Below are positions 50,623 to 61,523 of a stretch of DNA of 64,000 nucleotides, in pieces. Positions within the stretch are counted from its first letter, which is position 1. Each line of letters opens with the position of its first letter. The translations under genes were made by a program, and so were the position numbers. The notes under the pieces are model-generated. The model made no database searches. It was not told the origin of the DNA and worked only from the letters and a program-made list of their open reading frames with translations. This stretch comes from Candidatus Micrarchaeia archaeon. GTDB taxonomy: Archaea > Micrarchaeota > Micrarchaeia > CABMEP01. The DNA lies in assembly GCA_038881595.1 (NCBI GenBank), contig JAVZPM010000001.1, forward strand, positions 211,562-275,561, written 5' to 3'.

Positions 50623-51399
50623 ATGGATAAGAAAAAGAAATTTGAAGCTGGCGTTTCATCAGTTCAAAACAATACTAAAAAAGATTTCATTAAGCAGTTT
50701 ACCTTTTATTTTGCAATTATATTTGGACTAATGATAATAGCCTACCTTCTTGCAATTCTTCCATCTTTGTTGGCAAAAAATTCTCCAAAAGTTGAACAAA
50801 CAGAATTATTTATAGAAGATTATTCTTGCAATTCAAGTGTCACAAAGGATTCTATTGAATACAATGTTACATATCTGATTATAAAAAATGGAACGCAAAT
50901 TGGAACCCTAGAATATAATTTTTCTAAAACTGGCTATGGTTTAATTAAAAAAGAAATAAGCACGATAGATTTCACAAAGTTAAAAGATTATTCTCAAGCT
51001 ATTAAAAATTCAAATGTTTCACTTTTATCATCTGCGATTACAATAATAGAGACTATTTATGATTTAGATTATAATTGTAAAAAATCTTCTTATATATTGA
51101 TTTTAGGAAACTCAACTTATAATTATTCTGGAGAGTGCAGTCCTCCAGACATTCCCTTCAAAATATGTGAGCAAAATATGAAAGAATTATTAAATGAAAA
51201 AATAGAAGCAGGAGCATTTACATTTAATGCAACGAAATATGAATATACTCACTCACAAATGATTCAAGGTCTGAAAGAAACACAAACTTTATTTATTTGG
51301 TTTTCAGATCTTCCATTTCCAATAAAAGTAGGTGATTCAGAATTTTATTTGATCCTTTCAAATTATTCAAAAAACAATATCAATAATGAAAATAAATAG
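50623..51399 (+). CDS. N-terminally anchored extracellular beta-rich protein
   Basis: One TM helix (FYFAIIFGLMIIAYLLAIL) followed by a domain with many N-x-S/T sequons. Confidence 0.65.
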   Translation: MDKKKKFEAGVSSVQNNTKKDFIKQFTFYFAIIFGLMIIAYLLAILPSLLAKNSPKVEQTELFIEDYSCNSSVTKDSIEYNVTYLIIKNGTQIGTLEYNFSKTGYGLIKKEISTIDFTKLKDYSQAIKNSNVSLLSSAITIIETIYDLDYNCKKSSYILILGNSTYNYSGECSPPDIPFKICEQNMKELLNEKIEAGAFTFNATKYEYTHSQMIQGLKETQTLFIWFSDLPFPIKVGDSEFYLILSNYSKNNINNENK

Positions 51400-51484
51400 A
51401 ATCTTACTTCAACAAATAATAAATTAAAATTAAATTCTTTATGTACAAATTAAATCAAGAAGAAAAGATGAAAAAGGTGGATAA

Positions 51485-54400
51485 ATGAATAAATCTGAAA
51501 TGAAAAAAGAAATTAAAATCAAACCTTCCTCTTTTTCAAATATTATGGTTTTTCTGATCATCTTTTCTTTGATGTTTATTCTTGTCTCTGGATGCATCGA
51601 ATTAAAGCCAAGGGAAGGGATAAGTACCACAGTTCCAGTTACAGTAACGAAAGGAAGTGATGTCTGTGTTGGTTACAATGAATCTACCTGCGGTGCTTTC
51701 TTAAAGGAAAAAAGAACTGCAATTTCTGATTATATTTGTAAAGGACCTATCGGTCCTTCTTATTCAAAGATGGACGAAGTAACTTATTCTCTTTCAGTTG
51801 AAAAAGGTTGGAGTTGTGAGGAAACAAAAACATATCTAGTTTTAGCAGGAAATAACTATATATTGTCAGGTTCAGGTCATATGGGTAATCCACATGGTGG
51901 TAGCATAACATTAGAAGATTCAAGAAATGTAGTATCACCAATATCTTATGGAATGAATAATCTAACTTTGAAATGTTATGTGAATGTATCTGTTAGCGTT
52001 TCAAAAGGTAAATATGAGAGGGGTTCATTTACCTTGAAATTTGATGGCTCATCTGATATCTTATCTCCAGGAGACCGTTTTGATGGACAATACTCATTTT
52101 TCGTACTACCATTAACTTTAACTCAAGAAAATAACAAATTAGTTGGAAATCTTAGTTTTTTAGGTACTTGGACAGTTACTGGAAAAGAATACGGTAGTTG
52201 GCCAAATAAAAAACACAAATCAGACATGGACGTTTCTTACTTTATTTCTTGTACTCCTTTTGCAAGCTACAATATTAATTGGAGATGTAAAAATACATAT
52301 ACTTTAGAATCATATGATTTTGTAAATTGCAGCTATGATGAATTTTCAACATTCCAGGGTGGAAGAACATTCCTTGATAACAATACTCCATTCAGCAAGC
52401 TTAGCAACTATATTCAATCATATTATGGGACTTACTCTTATAATCCAATTACTAAAGAAACAAAGCCAGCTGGAAAAATTCAGGTTCCATTCTTTATGTT
52501 AGGTCAAGGTCCATCATTCCAGGATTATGAAGAGGCAAAGAAGCTATGTGTCCCATGGAAAGAAACGATAGTAAATGTTTCATTAGGGAACACTACATTT
52601 GATCCACCGTTTTTGACAATACCGGCTGGTCTAGAGTTATGTATTGATAATAAAGACAATAAGAGGCATGATATAACTATAATCAATCTTCAGGATCAAA
52701 GTATAATAAAACAATACATTCTTCAGCCAAAGCAATTTTCGTGCTATCTACCTTATGAAGGCTTTTATCACATAAAAGATTCAAATGGGGACTATGCTTA
52801 TTTATCAGTACTAAAGGCAACAGATACAACTCAAATTTATATAGGGCGTAACATTGTTCCTAATTATACAGTAGTTAATGAAGGAGGATTTGTCAATTTC
52901 AGTCTTATCGAAAGAAAAGAGCATAACTTGAGTATGAGAAGTGTGAATAGATTTGATGATTATATCTATGAAAATAATTTTACTCTCAATCTTTCAAATC
53001 CAGTTGAAACAATAAGAGCACCACAAACAGGAGAGTATAGGATTAATGATATCACAACAGATAAAACAAGTTATTTATTTGTTCAGTCTCCGCTTCAGAG
53101 ATTTTTATTTAAGAGGGATGGAACAATTGATCCAGGATATGAAATATATAGACCGCTTGGAGATTTGATTTGTTTTAGAAGCGAAACTGAAGGTTTAAAC
53201 ATCTCAATTTCAAGATACACAGAAACAGAAAATGGATATGAATGGATATGGCTGACTAATGAAACATTGTCTACAAATTCATATTGCTGCATTCAAGGCG
53301 CGTTACCTGGAAAATATCAGGGAATAACAACGGATGGAAGAGTTGCAAATTGGACGATAGGAAGTGGAAAGCCTTCTGCAATAGTTTCTATTCAGCCGAT
53401 TGGTTTTGAACCTGAAGAAGTAGAAAGTCCTCCAGGAACAAAGATATGTTGGGTAAATCCATCAGCAATATCAAGAAATATTATAACAAAATCATCATCA
53501 GGAAAGACATTTTTCTCAGGCCAAATTCCACCATTCTCAGATAATGTTTGTTGGCCAACTATGAACAAGACAGATTCATATGTAACTACATTTGTACCTA
53601 ACTTAGATGTGAGGAACATTGTTAATATTAAAGAGGTCGATTCAAGAAACATCCAAATACTCTCGGGTGGTGCAGGCTTTGATACTATCTCATTAATTGT
53701 AAAACCTGGCTCTCAAATATGTTGGATTAATAACGACAATAAAAATCACACCTTAAAAGATGAAAATGGAAACTACATACTCTTAGCTCCATCCCAAACA
53801 AATTGTATAGATAAGACTACTATGCAGGAAGGAAATATTTATACACGCCAGCTGGATGAAAAAGAGATTTATTCAGATGTTGGAGTTATAGATGGTAAAG
53901 GCGCAATTTTGTCTCCAAGAGGTCCTATTCCATTTTCATTATTTGTAAATCCACCAAATGTTAATATGACTCAATCAGGAGAATTATATATTACATCTCC
54001 TTCATATTTCAAGATTATAAATAAACAGAGCGTTCCATCGGAATTATATGAGATTTCATACATCATTTTATCAGCCAACTCAACTGGATTGGCAGATATA
54101 GTAAAAACCGAAAATGAAATTACTATAATTAGTTCTCCAGTTAAGAGCTATACAAAGTTATTGCTTTATGTAGAAAATACTGATGATAAAAATCATACTA
54201 TAAGAGTAGAATCAAACGGAGATGAAATTAATATTTTGCCGAACTCATTTTATTTATTTGAAATTAGCCAAAGTACAGTATTAACAGATTTAACTGTTAA
54301 AGAAAATTTGACTAGGGGTGGAATCACAAATCAAACTATAATAAACGCTTTGTCACAAATTCCGATAAATATAATAGGACCTTCAGAGATAAAATTAAAT

Positions 54401-57400
54401 AAATCTGGTTCTAATGGAGATTCATTAATATTGGCTGCTCCAATCGAACCTTATACTTCAATACTTTATGAAAATAATACAAACAAGACAATCGTGATTA
54501 CTTTTGCAGATACAAATGAATTCATACTAAAGAACCCATTGAACAACCAAACATTAGACCTTCCAACTCAAGTTATTCATGGAGATCTATCTTCTCAAAT
54601 TCTTTACGATATGAGAAAATATGCAGATGAAGGAGCAATGTCATTGCTTATTCCTTCATTCCATAATGTCACAGTAAAGTTACATTCCTCTGTTTTCTCT
54701 CCATCTGAAGCATTAATACCTGCAGGAAGCACAATTACATTTACTAATAAAGATGTAATAGATCATACAATTGATTTAATTAAAAATGAAAGTGATATCA
54801 TCTCTTCAAGATCTTTTACCCTTCTACCCTTGCAATCAAATTCAACTTCAGATACACCAAAGAATACAACATTTACTTTTTATGATCAGCTTTCTAATAT
54901 GAAAGGAAATATCACAACCATTGCTTATGATGCAAATATTGGGATAATATCAACACTAATTTATCCAGAATATGGAATGGTTGCAGTTGGCAGACCCGTT
55001 AAATTCAATAATTATGATTCAGATTCGGATTACAGGGTTGAGATTAAACTTACAGATGATTTAAACATCGAACATACATATAGCTTAAACCTTCCTAAAT
55101 ATACAAATGGAATTCCAGGGTTTGCAACTTGGATTCCAGACAAGGCTGGAAATGCAACTTATATAGTTAGAAATAATACATTCATTGTTGGAACTGGTAA
55201 TATAATTGTAAGGAATTCAATTATCAATATTTCTATTAGAAATGGGGAGTTTGAAACGAAATCAATCGCTGTTGACCATAATAGTAAGGTATGCTTTATT
55301 CCAGACTCACCGAGAAAAATCTCAATTACTAATCTAGATACTGGTGAAAAGATAGCTGAAAGAACTATTTATCCATTAGGTATTCAAGCAACAGATTTAA
55401 GTAGTGCTTGTAAAAGAATTTATAACTGTTCTGCAAAACAGCAGACTGGGGATTATGGGTGTATAGGAATAGTAAACGAGTCAGATCCTTCTACATACTG
55501 CTCTTATTACTTAACTAACCCTTCAATAGCATGTAAATTAGATAATAATATTTCATGCATTGTAAAAGACCAATATTCAAGAGATTTAGAATGTACGACA
55601 GATTATTCTAAAGATACTCAACCTGCATTGCCAGGAATTCAACCACAATGTTTGTTCAAAGCAAGATTGGATGGAGAAGCATGCAATGGTGGTTCTGTAA
55701 TTAAGAATTCTTCTTTAGCTTCGATAATTAATTGTTCAGTTTCAAATAACGGTCAGCTTCAATTTAACTATTTTGAAGGAAAAGAAAAAACAGATACTTC
55801 TAATTTGTTATGCAATGTTCAAAAATCTGATAATACTGTGTCATGCATTCCAACAGGATTATACTCAGACGTAGGTTGCATCAAAAATTCATCAGCAGAT
55901 TCTTACTGCTATTATACACCTTCACCATTAACATCTCTAGAAAAGTCTAATCCATATACATTAACTGATAATCGTTTCTGTTCAGTAACAACTGCCCAAA
56001 GAACTGAAAGATATTATACAACATATGCATGTGATATAGGTTACGATGGTGTGTGTACATGCCCAACTGATAAAATGTGTGGTGCCTTACCATGCGATGG
56101 AAGCAGTGTTCTTGCAAGTATGTTTTATAAAAAATCTTCTTCTTGTACATTATTTGATAGGAATGCATTAAATTGTTCTGGAAATAGAGTAGTTGATACA
56201 TGTTTAAAAACAGGACAATATAATTTCGTTTTTCCAGCTTTAGATAATCCAAACTTTACTATATATATGAAACCAGGTGTAGGTTTCAAGGCATGCAAAT
56301 GCTATGCAGCTAACCAAAGAATAGTTACATATGCAAATTCATGTAGTGTTAAGACTGGAGGAAGTTCAATCACTCCATTTCCAAGCAATTGTATTTTGCA
56401 GTCTGAGAAATGTATGTTCTCTTCACCATCTGTATTTTTGTGTAGTAGTGAAGAAAATTGTCCATGTAAATTTGGATGTGGAAAGAAAGTTAACTATTCA
56501 ACACTAGGAAACATAGATTGTATTCAAACCCCTGGAGGTTGTAGAATAATATCGAATTATAATTTAGATAATGGTAATTACTGTAAATATGTATATACTC
56601 AAACATGCACACCTAAACAAGGATATGAAGATAAAGTATCATGCAAATTTGATGGAACATCATGTTTAATATCAGAAGGAAAGAAAATAAGAGATGATGG
56701 TTCACATTGTAAGTTGGATTTATTTTCATGTGAACCATCTTATTTAGGTGTTAATTGCAGTTTTGATGCATCAACACAATCATGTAAAGTTAGTTCTATC
56801 GAGCAATTCTGTTTCACACCAGCTTCAACTTATATCGTTGAGGATGTAGATACTGGAAATATAATGATAGTTGAAGGTTACGATAGATATACTCCATTAG
56901 AAATAGATATTCAAAAATCTATGTTCACTCCTTCCTTTGTTACCACATCCCCATTAAGTGATGTATGTTTCCAAAGTCTTGATGGAAAAATGCACAGAGT
57001 TTTAGTTCCAGAGATAGTAAAAAGTGAAGGTTTTATCGATGTTTATCAAGATAGGCAAACATGTCTTAATTTCCCATACAATTCAGAACCATGGACTGTA
57101 AGGCTGCAGGACAAGCCAGATGTTGCATTAGGCATTAAATCAATAAAACAAGATATAGAAGTAGTTGTCAAGTCACAGATGTTTGATCCTTCTGATCTGA
57201 TTCTTAGACCCAATACATCTATTACATTTATTAACACTGATTCAGAACCGCATCAACTTAACAAAGCAATACCATCTACAAATTTTGCTAAACTTATTTT
57301 ACAAAATAACATTTTAACAAGCGATTCATTCTTTTACAATATATTAAAAGCAGAATGGATGGATAAGATCGAATGTAAGGATGATTCGGACTGTCCGGAA

Positions 57401-59860
57401 GGTTCATTCTGCGATGTAGAAAAAAGATGTCATTCTATTAAATTCTGCATGAGGGATGAGGAGTGTCCATCTCCATCTATTTGTCATAATTATCATTGTA
57501 TTCTTACAAAACAGTGCCAAACTGATTTAGATTGTGGAGTTAATAGTAAATGTATTGATGATGGAACTGGAATTAAGAAGTGTATAACATTAGATATTCA
57601 ATGTTCAGATTCATTTGATTGCTACTCTTCAGATCCAAATTCAATTTGTATTAATAACAAGTGCACACGCATATTAAATTGTACTAATTCATTGGATTGT
57701 CCATCTGGATTTGTATGTTCATCTCAAATATGCACCATGATTAAAAATTGTACAAATAATAGCGAGTGCCCACCGAATTCAGTATGTAATCAAGGTAAAT
57801 GCTCTATACCAACAATCAATAATTGTAGCTTAGACAGTGATTGTCCGAATGGAATGTACTGCACTATTGTAGATAGAACTGAAGAGGGCGAAGATGTAAA
57901 GGTATGCACTTCAAGTCCATGCATTTCAAATTCGGATTGTAGCGAAGAGAGAAGTACAGCATGTATAACCAACTTCATTACTGGTGAAAATAATTGTACG
58001 CTTTATAATTCATCTTATGCAGAACCTTTATGCACAAGCGATGCAGACTGCTCTGAAGGTGGTTGCATTGATGGAAGATGTGTTATTTCAAAGAATTGTT
58101 CACATGATTCTGAGTGTGGCATTATAAATGGTATTCAATCAGTATGTGAATCTTCTGTCTGTAAGATCCCAGTTAAATGTTCTAATTTAGCAGATTGTAG
58201 ATCTGGAGAAATATGTCAAGATGGATTCTGCAGAATATTCCATAATAAGATTTGCACTACAGATTCAGAATGTAATACTGATGAAATTTGCAAAGAAATG
58301 AAGTGTATAAAGAAGCAGAATTGTTCTTCTACTACAGTTTGTAATTTATTACAAAGTGGTGCAGCCTGTACAAATGCTTCTTCATCTTCTCCGGCATTCT
58401 GTCAATCATCTGCAAATTGTACAAGCGATGCATTTTGTGCATCGAACCAGTATTGTGATCTAGGTTTAAAGCAGTGTATTACTTATCCTAAGACAACATG
58501 TGGTTCGCCAGTATATGGATCGGATGTTAGTCAGGTTAATGTTTCATTTAATCTACCATCATCTACATATAAAGCATATTTAATTTATTCTTTCAACGAT
58601 AATGGAAATATATTATTAAATGGACAAACTATTTTACCGACAACTAAATTTAGATGCCAGTATTCGACAGTGTCTGGTGTTACATATATTGATAACTATT
58701 CTCAAACTCAACAATGGAAAATACCTTTAGGTTTGCTTAAGTTAGGAAATGAAGAAAATAATATGTCAATTACAACATGCAGTTGTTCAGGTCAAAAAGG
58801 ATTTAACATTTCAATACTTTATTATTATGTTTCCCCAGAAGGAATCAGACAAGAGTCAATTATAATAGATCCAAATTCAAAAATTCAGATCTTTTCACCA
58901 CAACAATCTGAAGAACTAGTATATATTGATAATAAGACAAAGAACGTGCTTCCAATCTCTGTGAAGTCCATTGTAGATATAGCAGGAAATGTTAATTGTT
59001 CAGCTGACTTATCTTCAATGGCTCTGGCAATTGCAAGCTATGAAAGACTTGATTATGCTACCCAGGCATGCGATTCAGGAAAGCAGATTGAATGTGCATC
59101 TTATAATCCATACGGTCCTGCAACAGTAACATTCTTTGCCTCAGAATCTGGATTAAACCTTTCAAATGAATCTGAAAGACTGTGTGCATTCCAACAACTT
59201 GCATCTGTAAAGAATATATGCCCAAATTGTACAACTGTTCTAAATGTCGGAGATGTAAACATTACACAGCTTAATAATATTTTAATTTCAGCAAATTCAA
59301 CCCTAATATTTGGTAAAAATGCAATCGATTTTGTAGATGTAATAGGCTATGATGAATTCCTTAACAATTATCCATCTTGTAGCTTTGAAGACATAATGAA
59401 TTCAATAGTAAACAAATCAAAACTTGGTTTATACAATTACACAAAGCCATCAATAATAATGAGATTTGGATTAAAGGATGGAGTCTCATTAAGTAATCCA
59501 GCATGCAACTGGACAGATGAATCTATTATAACAGCATACCAAGATTTCTATGGAATATGGATTCCAATTCTTGCAGGTTCTGGTGTGCTTGGAACAGCCC
59601 AATACTGCTTGACAGATCCATGCCCGTCATTTGATTTCTATGGTCTTCTTACCTCAGGAAAGACAAACAAGCCATGGACAGATGCATGGTTCAGGGAAGG
59701 ATGCGGAAGATATTATTATGCAGCTGAAGGATTATCATTTACAACCTTTTCAATGAAGGAAACAAACTATTCAATGTGTGATCCATCAAAGATGCTTGCC
59801 TTACTTCAGACTGTTCAATGTGCGGTTGGCAAGTATACATTAAAATCAGGAACAAGTTAA
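51485..59860 (+). CDS. giant (2791 aa) Cys-rich surface lipoprotein with cupredoxin-like repeats, tandem disulfide modules and a C-terminal GH-like domain
   Basis: ILVSGC lipobox-like signal; repeats such as FDPPFLTIPAG..N.D...H and FSPSEALIPAGSTITFTNKDVIDH; about a dozen CxxDxDCxxGxxCxxxxC modules; C-terminal DVIGYD...KPSIIMRFG. Confidence 0.8.
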   Translation: MNKSEMKKEIKIKPSSFSNIMVFLIIFSLMFILVSGCIELKPREGISTTVPVTVTKGSDVCVGYNESTCGAFLKEKRTAISDYICKGPIGPSYSKMDEVTYSLSVEKGWSCEETKTYLVLAGNNYILSGSGHMGNPHGGSITLEDSRNVVSPISYGMNNLTLKCYVNVSVSVSKGKYERGSFTLKFDGSSDILSPGDRFDGQYSFFVLPLTLTQENNKLVGNLSFLGTWTVTGKEYGSWPNKKHKSDMDVSYFISCTPFASYNINWRCKNTYTLESYDFVNCSYDEFSTFQGGRTFLDNNTPFSKLSNYIQSYYGTYSYNPITKETKPAGKIQVPFFMLGQGPSFQDYEEAKKLCVPWKETIVNVSLGNTTFDPPFLTIPAGLELCIDNKDNKRHDITIINLQDQSIIKQYILQPKQFSCYLPYEGFYHIKDSNGDYAYLSVLKATDTTQIYIGRNIVPNYTVVNEGGFVNFSLIERKEHNLSMRSVNRFDDYIYENNFTLNLSNPVETIRAPQTGEYRINDITTDKTSYLFVQSPLQRFLFKRDGTIDPGYEIYRPLGDLICFRSETEGLNISISRYTETENGYEWIWLTNETLSTNSYCCIQGALPGKYQGITTDGRVANWTIGSGKPSAIVSIQPIGFEPEEVESPPGTKICWVNPSAISRNIITKSSSGKTFFSGQIPPFSDNVCWPTMNKTDSYVTTFVPNLDVRNIVNIKEVDSRNIQILSGGAGFDTISLIVKPGSQICWINNDNKNHTLKDENGNYILLAPSQTNCIDKTTMQEGNIYTRQLDEKEIYSDVGVIDGKGAILSPRGPIPFSLFVNPPNVNMTQSGELYITSPSYFKIINKQSVPSELYEISYIILSANSTGLADIVKTENEITIISSPVKSYTKLLLYVENTDDKNHTIRVESNGDEINILPNSFYLFEISQSTVLTDLTVKENLTRGGITNQTIINALSQIPINIIGPSEIKLNKSGSNGDSLILAAPIEPYTSILYENNTNKTIVITFADTNEFILKNPLNNQTLDLPTQVIHGDLSSQILYDMRKYADEGAMSLLIPSFHNVTVKLHSSVFSPSEALIPAGSTITFTNKDVIDHTIDLIKNESDIISSRSFTLLPLQSNSTSDTPKNTTFTFYDQLSNMKGNITTIAYDANIGIISTLIYPEYGMVAVGRPVKFNNYDSDSDYRVEIKLTDDLNIEHTYSLNLPKYTNGIPGFATWIPDKAGNATYIVRNNTFIVGTGNIIVRNSIINISIRNGEFETKSIAVDHNSKVCFIPDSPRKISITNLDTGEKIAERTIYPLGIQATDLSSACKRIYNCSAKQQTGDYGCIGIVNESDPSTYCSYYLTNPSIACKLDNNISCIVKDQYSRDLECTTDYSKDTQPALPGIQPQCLFKARLDGEACNGGSVIKNSSLASIINCSVSNNGQLQFNYFEGKEKTDTSNLLCNVQKSDNTVSCIPTGLYSDVGCIKNSSADSYCYYTPSPLTSLEKSNPYTLTDNRFCSVTTAQRTERYYTTYACDIGYDGVCTCPTDKMCGALPCDGSSVLASMFYKKSSSCTLFDRNALNCSGNRVVDTCLKTGQYNFVFPALDNPNFTIYMKPGVGFKACKCYAANQRIVTYANSCSVKTGGSSITPFPSNCILQSEKCMFSSPSVFLCSSEENCPCKFGCGKKVNYSTLGNIDCIQTPGGCRIISNYNLDNGNYCKYVYTQTCTPKQGYEDKVSCKFDGTSCLISEGKKIRDDGSHCKLDLFSCEPSYLGVNCSFDASTQSCKVSSIEQFCFTPASTYIVEDVDTGNIMIVEGYDRYTPLEIDIQKSMFTPSFVTTSPLSDVCFQSLDGKMHRVLVPEIVKSEGFIDVYQDRQTCLNFPYNSEPWTVRLQDKPDVALGIKSIKQDIEVVVKSQMFDPSDLILRPNTSITFINTDSEPHQLNKAIPSTNFAKLILQNNILTSDSFFYNILKAEWMDKIECKDDSDCPEGSFCDVEKRCHSIKFCMRDEECPSPSICHNYHCILTKQCQTDLDCGVNSKCIDDGTGIKKCITLDIQCSDSFDCYSSDPNSICINNKCTRILNCTNSLDCPSGFVCSSQICTMIKNCTNNSECPPNSVCNQGKCSIPTINNCSLDSDCPNGMYCTIVDRTEEGEDVKVCTSSPCISNSDCSEERSTACITNFITGENNCTLYNSSYAEPLCTSDADCSEGGCIDGRCVISKNCSHDSECGIINGIQSVCESSVCKIPVKCSNLADCRSGEICQDGFCRIFHNKICTTDSECNTDEICKEMKCIKKQNCSSTTVCNLLQSGAACTNASSSSPAFCQSSANCTSDAFCASNQYCDLGLKQCITYPKTTCGSPVYGSDVSQVNVSFNLPSSTYKAYLIYSFNDNGNILLNGQTILPTTKFRCQYSTVSGVTYIDNYSQTQQWKIPLGLLKLGNEENNMSITTCSCSGQKGFNISILYYYVSPEGIRQESIIIDPNSKIQIFSPQQSEELVYIDNKTKNVLPISVKSIVDIAGNVNCSADLSSMALAIASYERLDYATQACDSGKQIECASYNPYGPATVTFFASESGLNLSNESERLCAFQQLASVKNICPNCTTVLNVGDVNITQLNNILISANSTLIFGKNAIDFVDVIGYDEFLNNYPSCSFEDIMNSIVNKSKLGLYNYTKPSIIMRFGLKDGVSLSNPACNWTDESIITAYQDFYGIWIPILAGSGVLGTAQYCLTDPCPSFDFYGLLTSGKTNKPWTDAWFREGCGRYYYAAEGLSFTTFSMKETNYSMCDPSKMLALLQTVQCAVGKYTLKSGTS

Positions 59861-59899
59861 TGAATAGACATCCAATAATAGTTTTTGATCTTTATCTTA

Positions 59900-61282
59900 T
59901 TATTGTTTTATTATCTGATAAATTCTGAATCTAGAATTATTGGAACTTTTTATTTCTTTTATTTCATAGCCAGATAAACTTCCAAATTGATTTGGATAAA
60001 GAACCTTAAAGATATTCTTATTAGAATCAGACATAGGATGTATATATCTGAAGTAAGAAGAGTCTGAAGAATTCAGGATAAGAAGCTTGAAGTATGAATC
60101 TTCAGCTCCGTTTATAATTATCCTGTTACTTAGGATGTTACCTGCAGAGTCTGTTGGTATTAAAAGATAATCATGCTTGTAAGTCAGATAGGTTTGATAA
60201 TATGTATCTCCTTGCCTTTGGATTCCAGCGAATGCAAAGGTTTCAAAAGTAACTGTAGCATTAACTAGTTTTGCATATTCCTTTGGATAATCAAGTATAA
60301 ACGTATCAATTATAAGATAATCAAAGCTTGGGGTTCTGTTTGTGAACAAGAAAAGAAATGCTTCATTAGTTAAGACATTCTTTCCAGTTTCAACTGTGGA
60401 TATTTTACTTATATTATTTCCATACACTGAAGCAAACGCAATTCTTCCATCCATGTCATTTATCAATGACAATATATTAACAGTATCTAGATCAACAGTT
60501 TGTTTGTTCAACATGCTTGCAATTGCATATTCTATTGATATCATTATGAGAGTTACAGTCAATAAATAAAGTAATGTATGCTTATTTTCGAATGCAAGCA
60601 TTACAACTGCTATTACAAGACCTATCAAAATAGATAAACCAATAGCACCTACTCCTGAGCCAAGTATTATCAAAGATATAACTGCAGCAATCGCACCACC
60701 AGCTATGGTGCTTAATATTCCCCTGTCTTTTATTTTATTTATTCTGCTGAATCCGTCTGCATTGAGTATGAATAAGACAGGTAGCGCGATGAGTGGCATG
60801 AAGAATGATGCAATTAATGCTGTAATTCCCGTAAATACATATTTCATTTTTTTATCTGAATATAATACATAGATAGAAAGCAAAGACAAAGGAAGCAATG
60901 GAAGTATTTGATATATCTTTTCAAATCCGAATGAAGGAGTTGAAAAACCTCCCATCAATAGGAAAGTTAAATCTGATATTCCAACTGAGAAATTGTTTAT
61001 GAATGCATATGAAGAGACCATTAGCAATGAAGATACGAAGACCGGAAGTTCGGATTGTTTGAAAACAACTCTTGATATAATATATACAATAAATGCAAAA
61101 ACAATACCTATGAAAAGAGATAGATTAGATACCTCAATCATCTTTTCCTTTCCCATGTTTAGACTTGAAGCTCGTTCATAAGTCAAAACACCAGGGTTAG
61201 AAACTAACCCTAATAAGAAATAGGTATATAATAATATTATAACGAGATTCAAAACATCTTTCTTTGTAAATATGTTCTGCAT
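59900..61282 (-). CDS. polytopic membrane protein with a C-terminal extracellular domain (possibly degenerate AglB/STT3-like)
   Basis: About 9 TM helices then a soluble domain (FDYLIID...RIYQI); no WWDYG motif. Confidence 0.5.
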   Translation of the reverse strand: MQNIFTKKDVLNLVIILLYTYFLLGLVSNPGVLTYERASSLNMGKEKMIEVSNLSLFIGIVFAFIVYIISRVVFKQSELPVFVSSLLMVSSYAFINNFSVGISDLTFLLMGGFSTPSFGFEKIYQILPLLPLSLLSIYVLYSDKKMKYVFTGITALIASFFMPLIALPVLFILNADGFSRINKIKDRGILSTIAGGAIAAVISLIILGSGVGAIGLSILIGLVIAVVMLAFENKHTLLYLLTVTLIMISIEYAIASMLNKQTVDLDTVNILSLINDMDGRIAFASVYGNNISKISTVETGKNVLTNEAFLFLFTNRTPSFDYLIIDTFILDYPKEYAKLVNATVTFETFAFAGIQRQGDTYYQTYLTYKHDYLLIPTDSAGNILSNRIIINGAEDSYFKLLILNSSDSSYFRYIHPMSDSNKNIFKVLYPNQFGSLSGYEIKEIKSSNNSRFRIYQIIKQ

Positions 61283-61323
61283 TCAATCATCATTGTTTTT
61301 TTGCAATAGAATAAGAATGATAA

Positions 61324-61440
61324 TGTCAGCAGCAATGCATCTTCCCCTCCGACAGGAGAGTACAAATAACATCGTGAACCGGCTTAGCTTCCGAGTTCGG
61401 AATGGGATCGGGCGTTTCCCGGTTCCTATGGCCGCTGACA
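61324..61440 (-). rRNA. rrf: 5S rRNA (standalone)
   Basis: TGTCAGCGGCCATAG...CCCGATCCCATTCCGAACTCGGAAGCTAAG...GCTGCTGACA, with complementary ends. Confidence 0.93.
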
Positions 61441-61523
61441 ATATAATATAGTGTGTAATATATTTAAATGTTTCTGAAATATTATAGCTATAAAGCAAAC
61501 TGTTTTTATTTGAAGGTGAGGTT

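Noticed and set aside
59900..61282. Functional oligosaccharyltransferase AglB
   Set aside because: Too short and lacks the WWDYG motif; kept only as a low-confidence resemblance.
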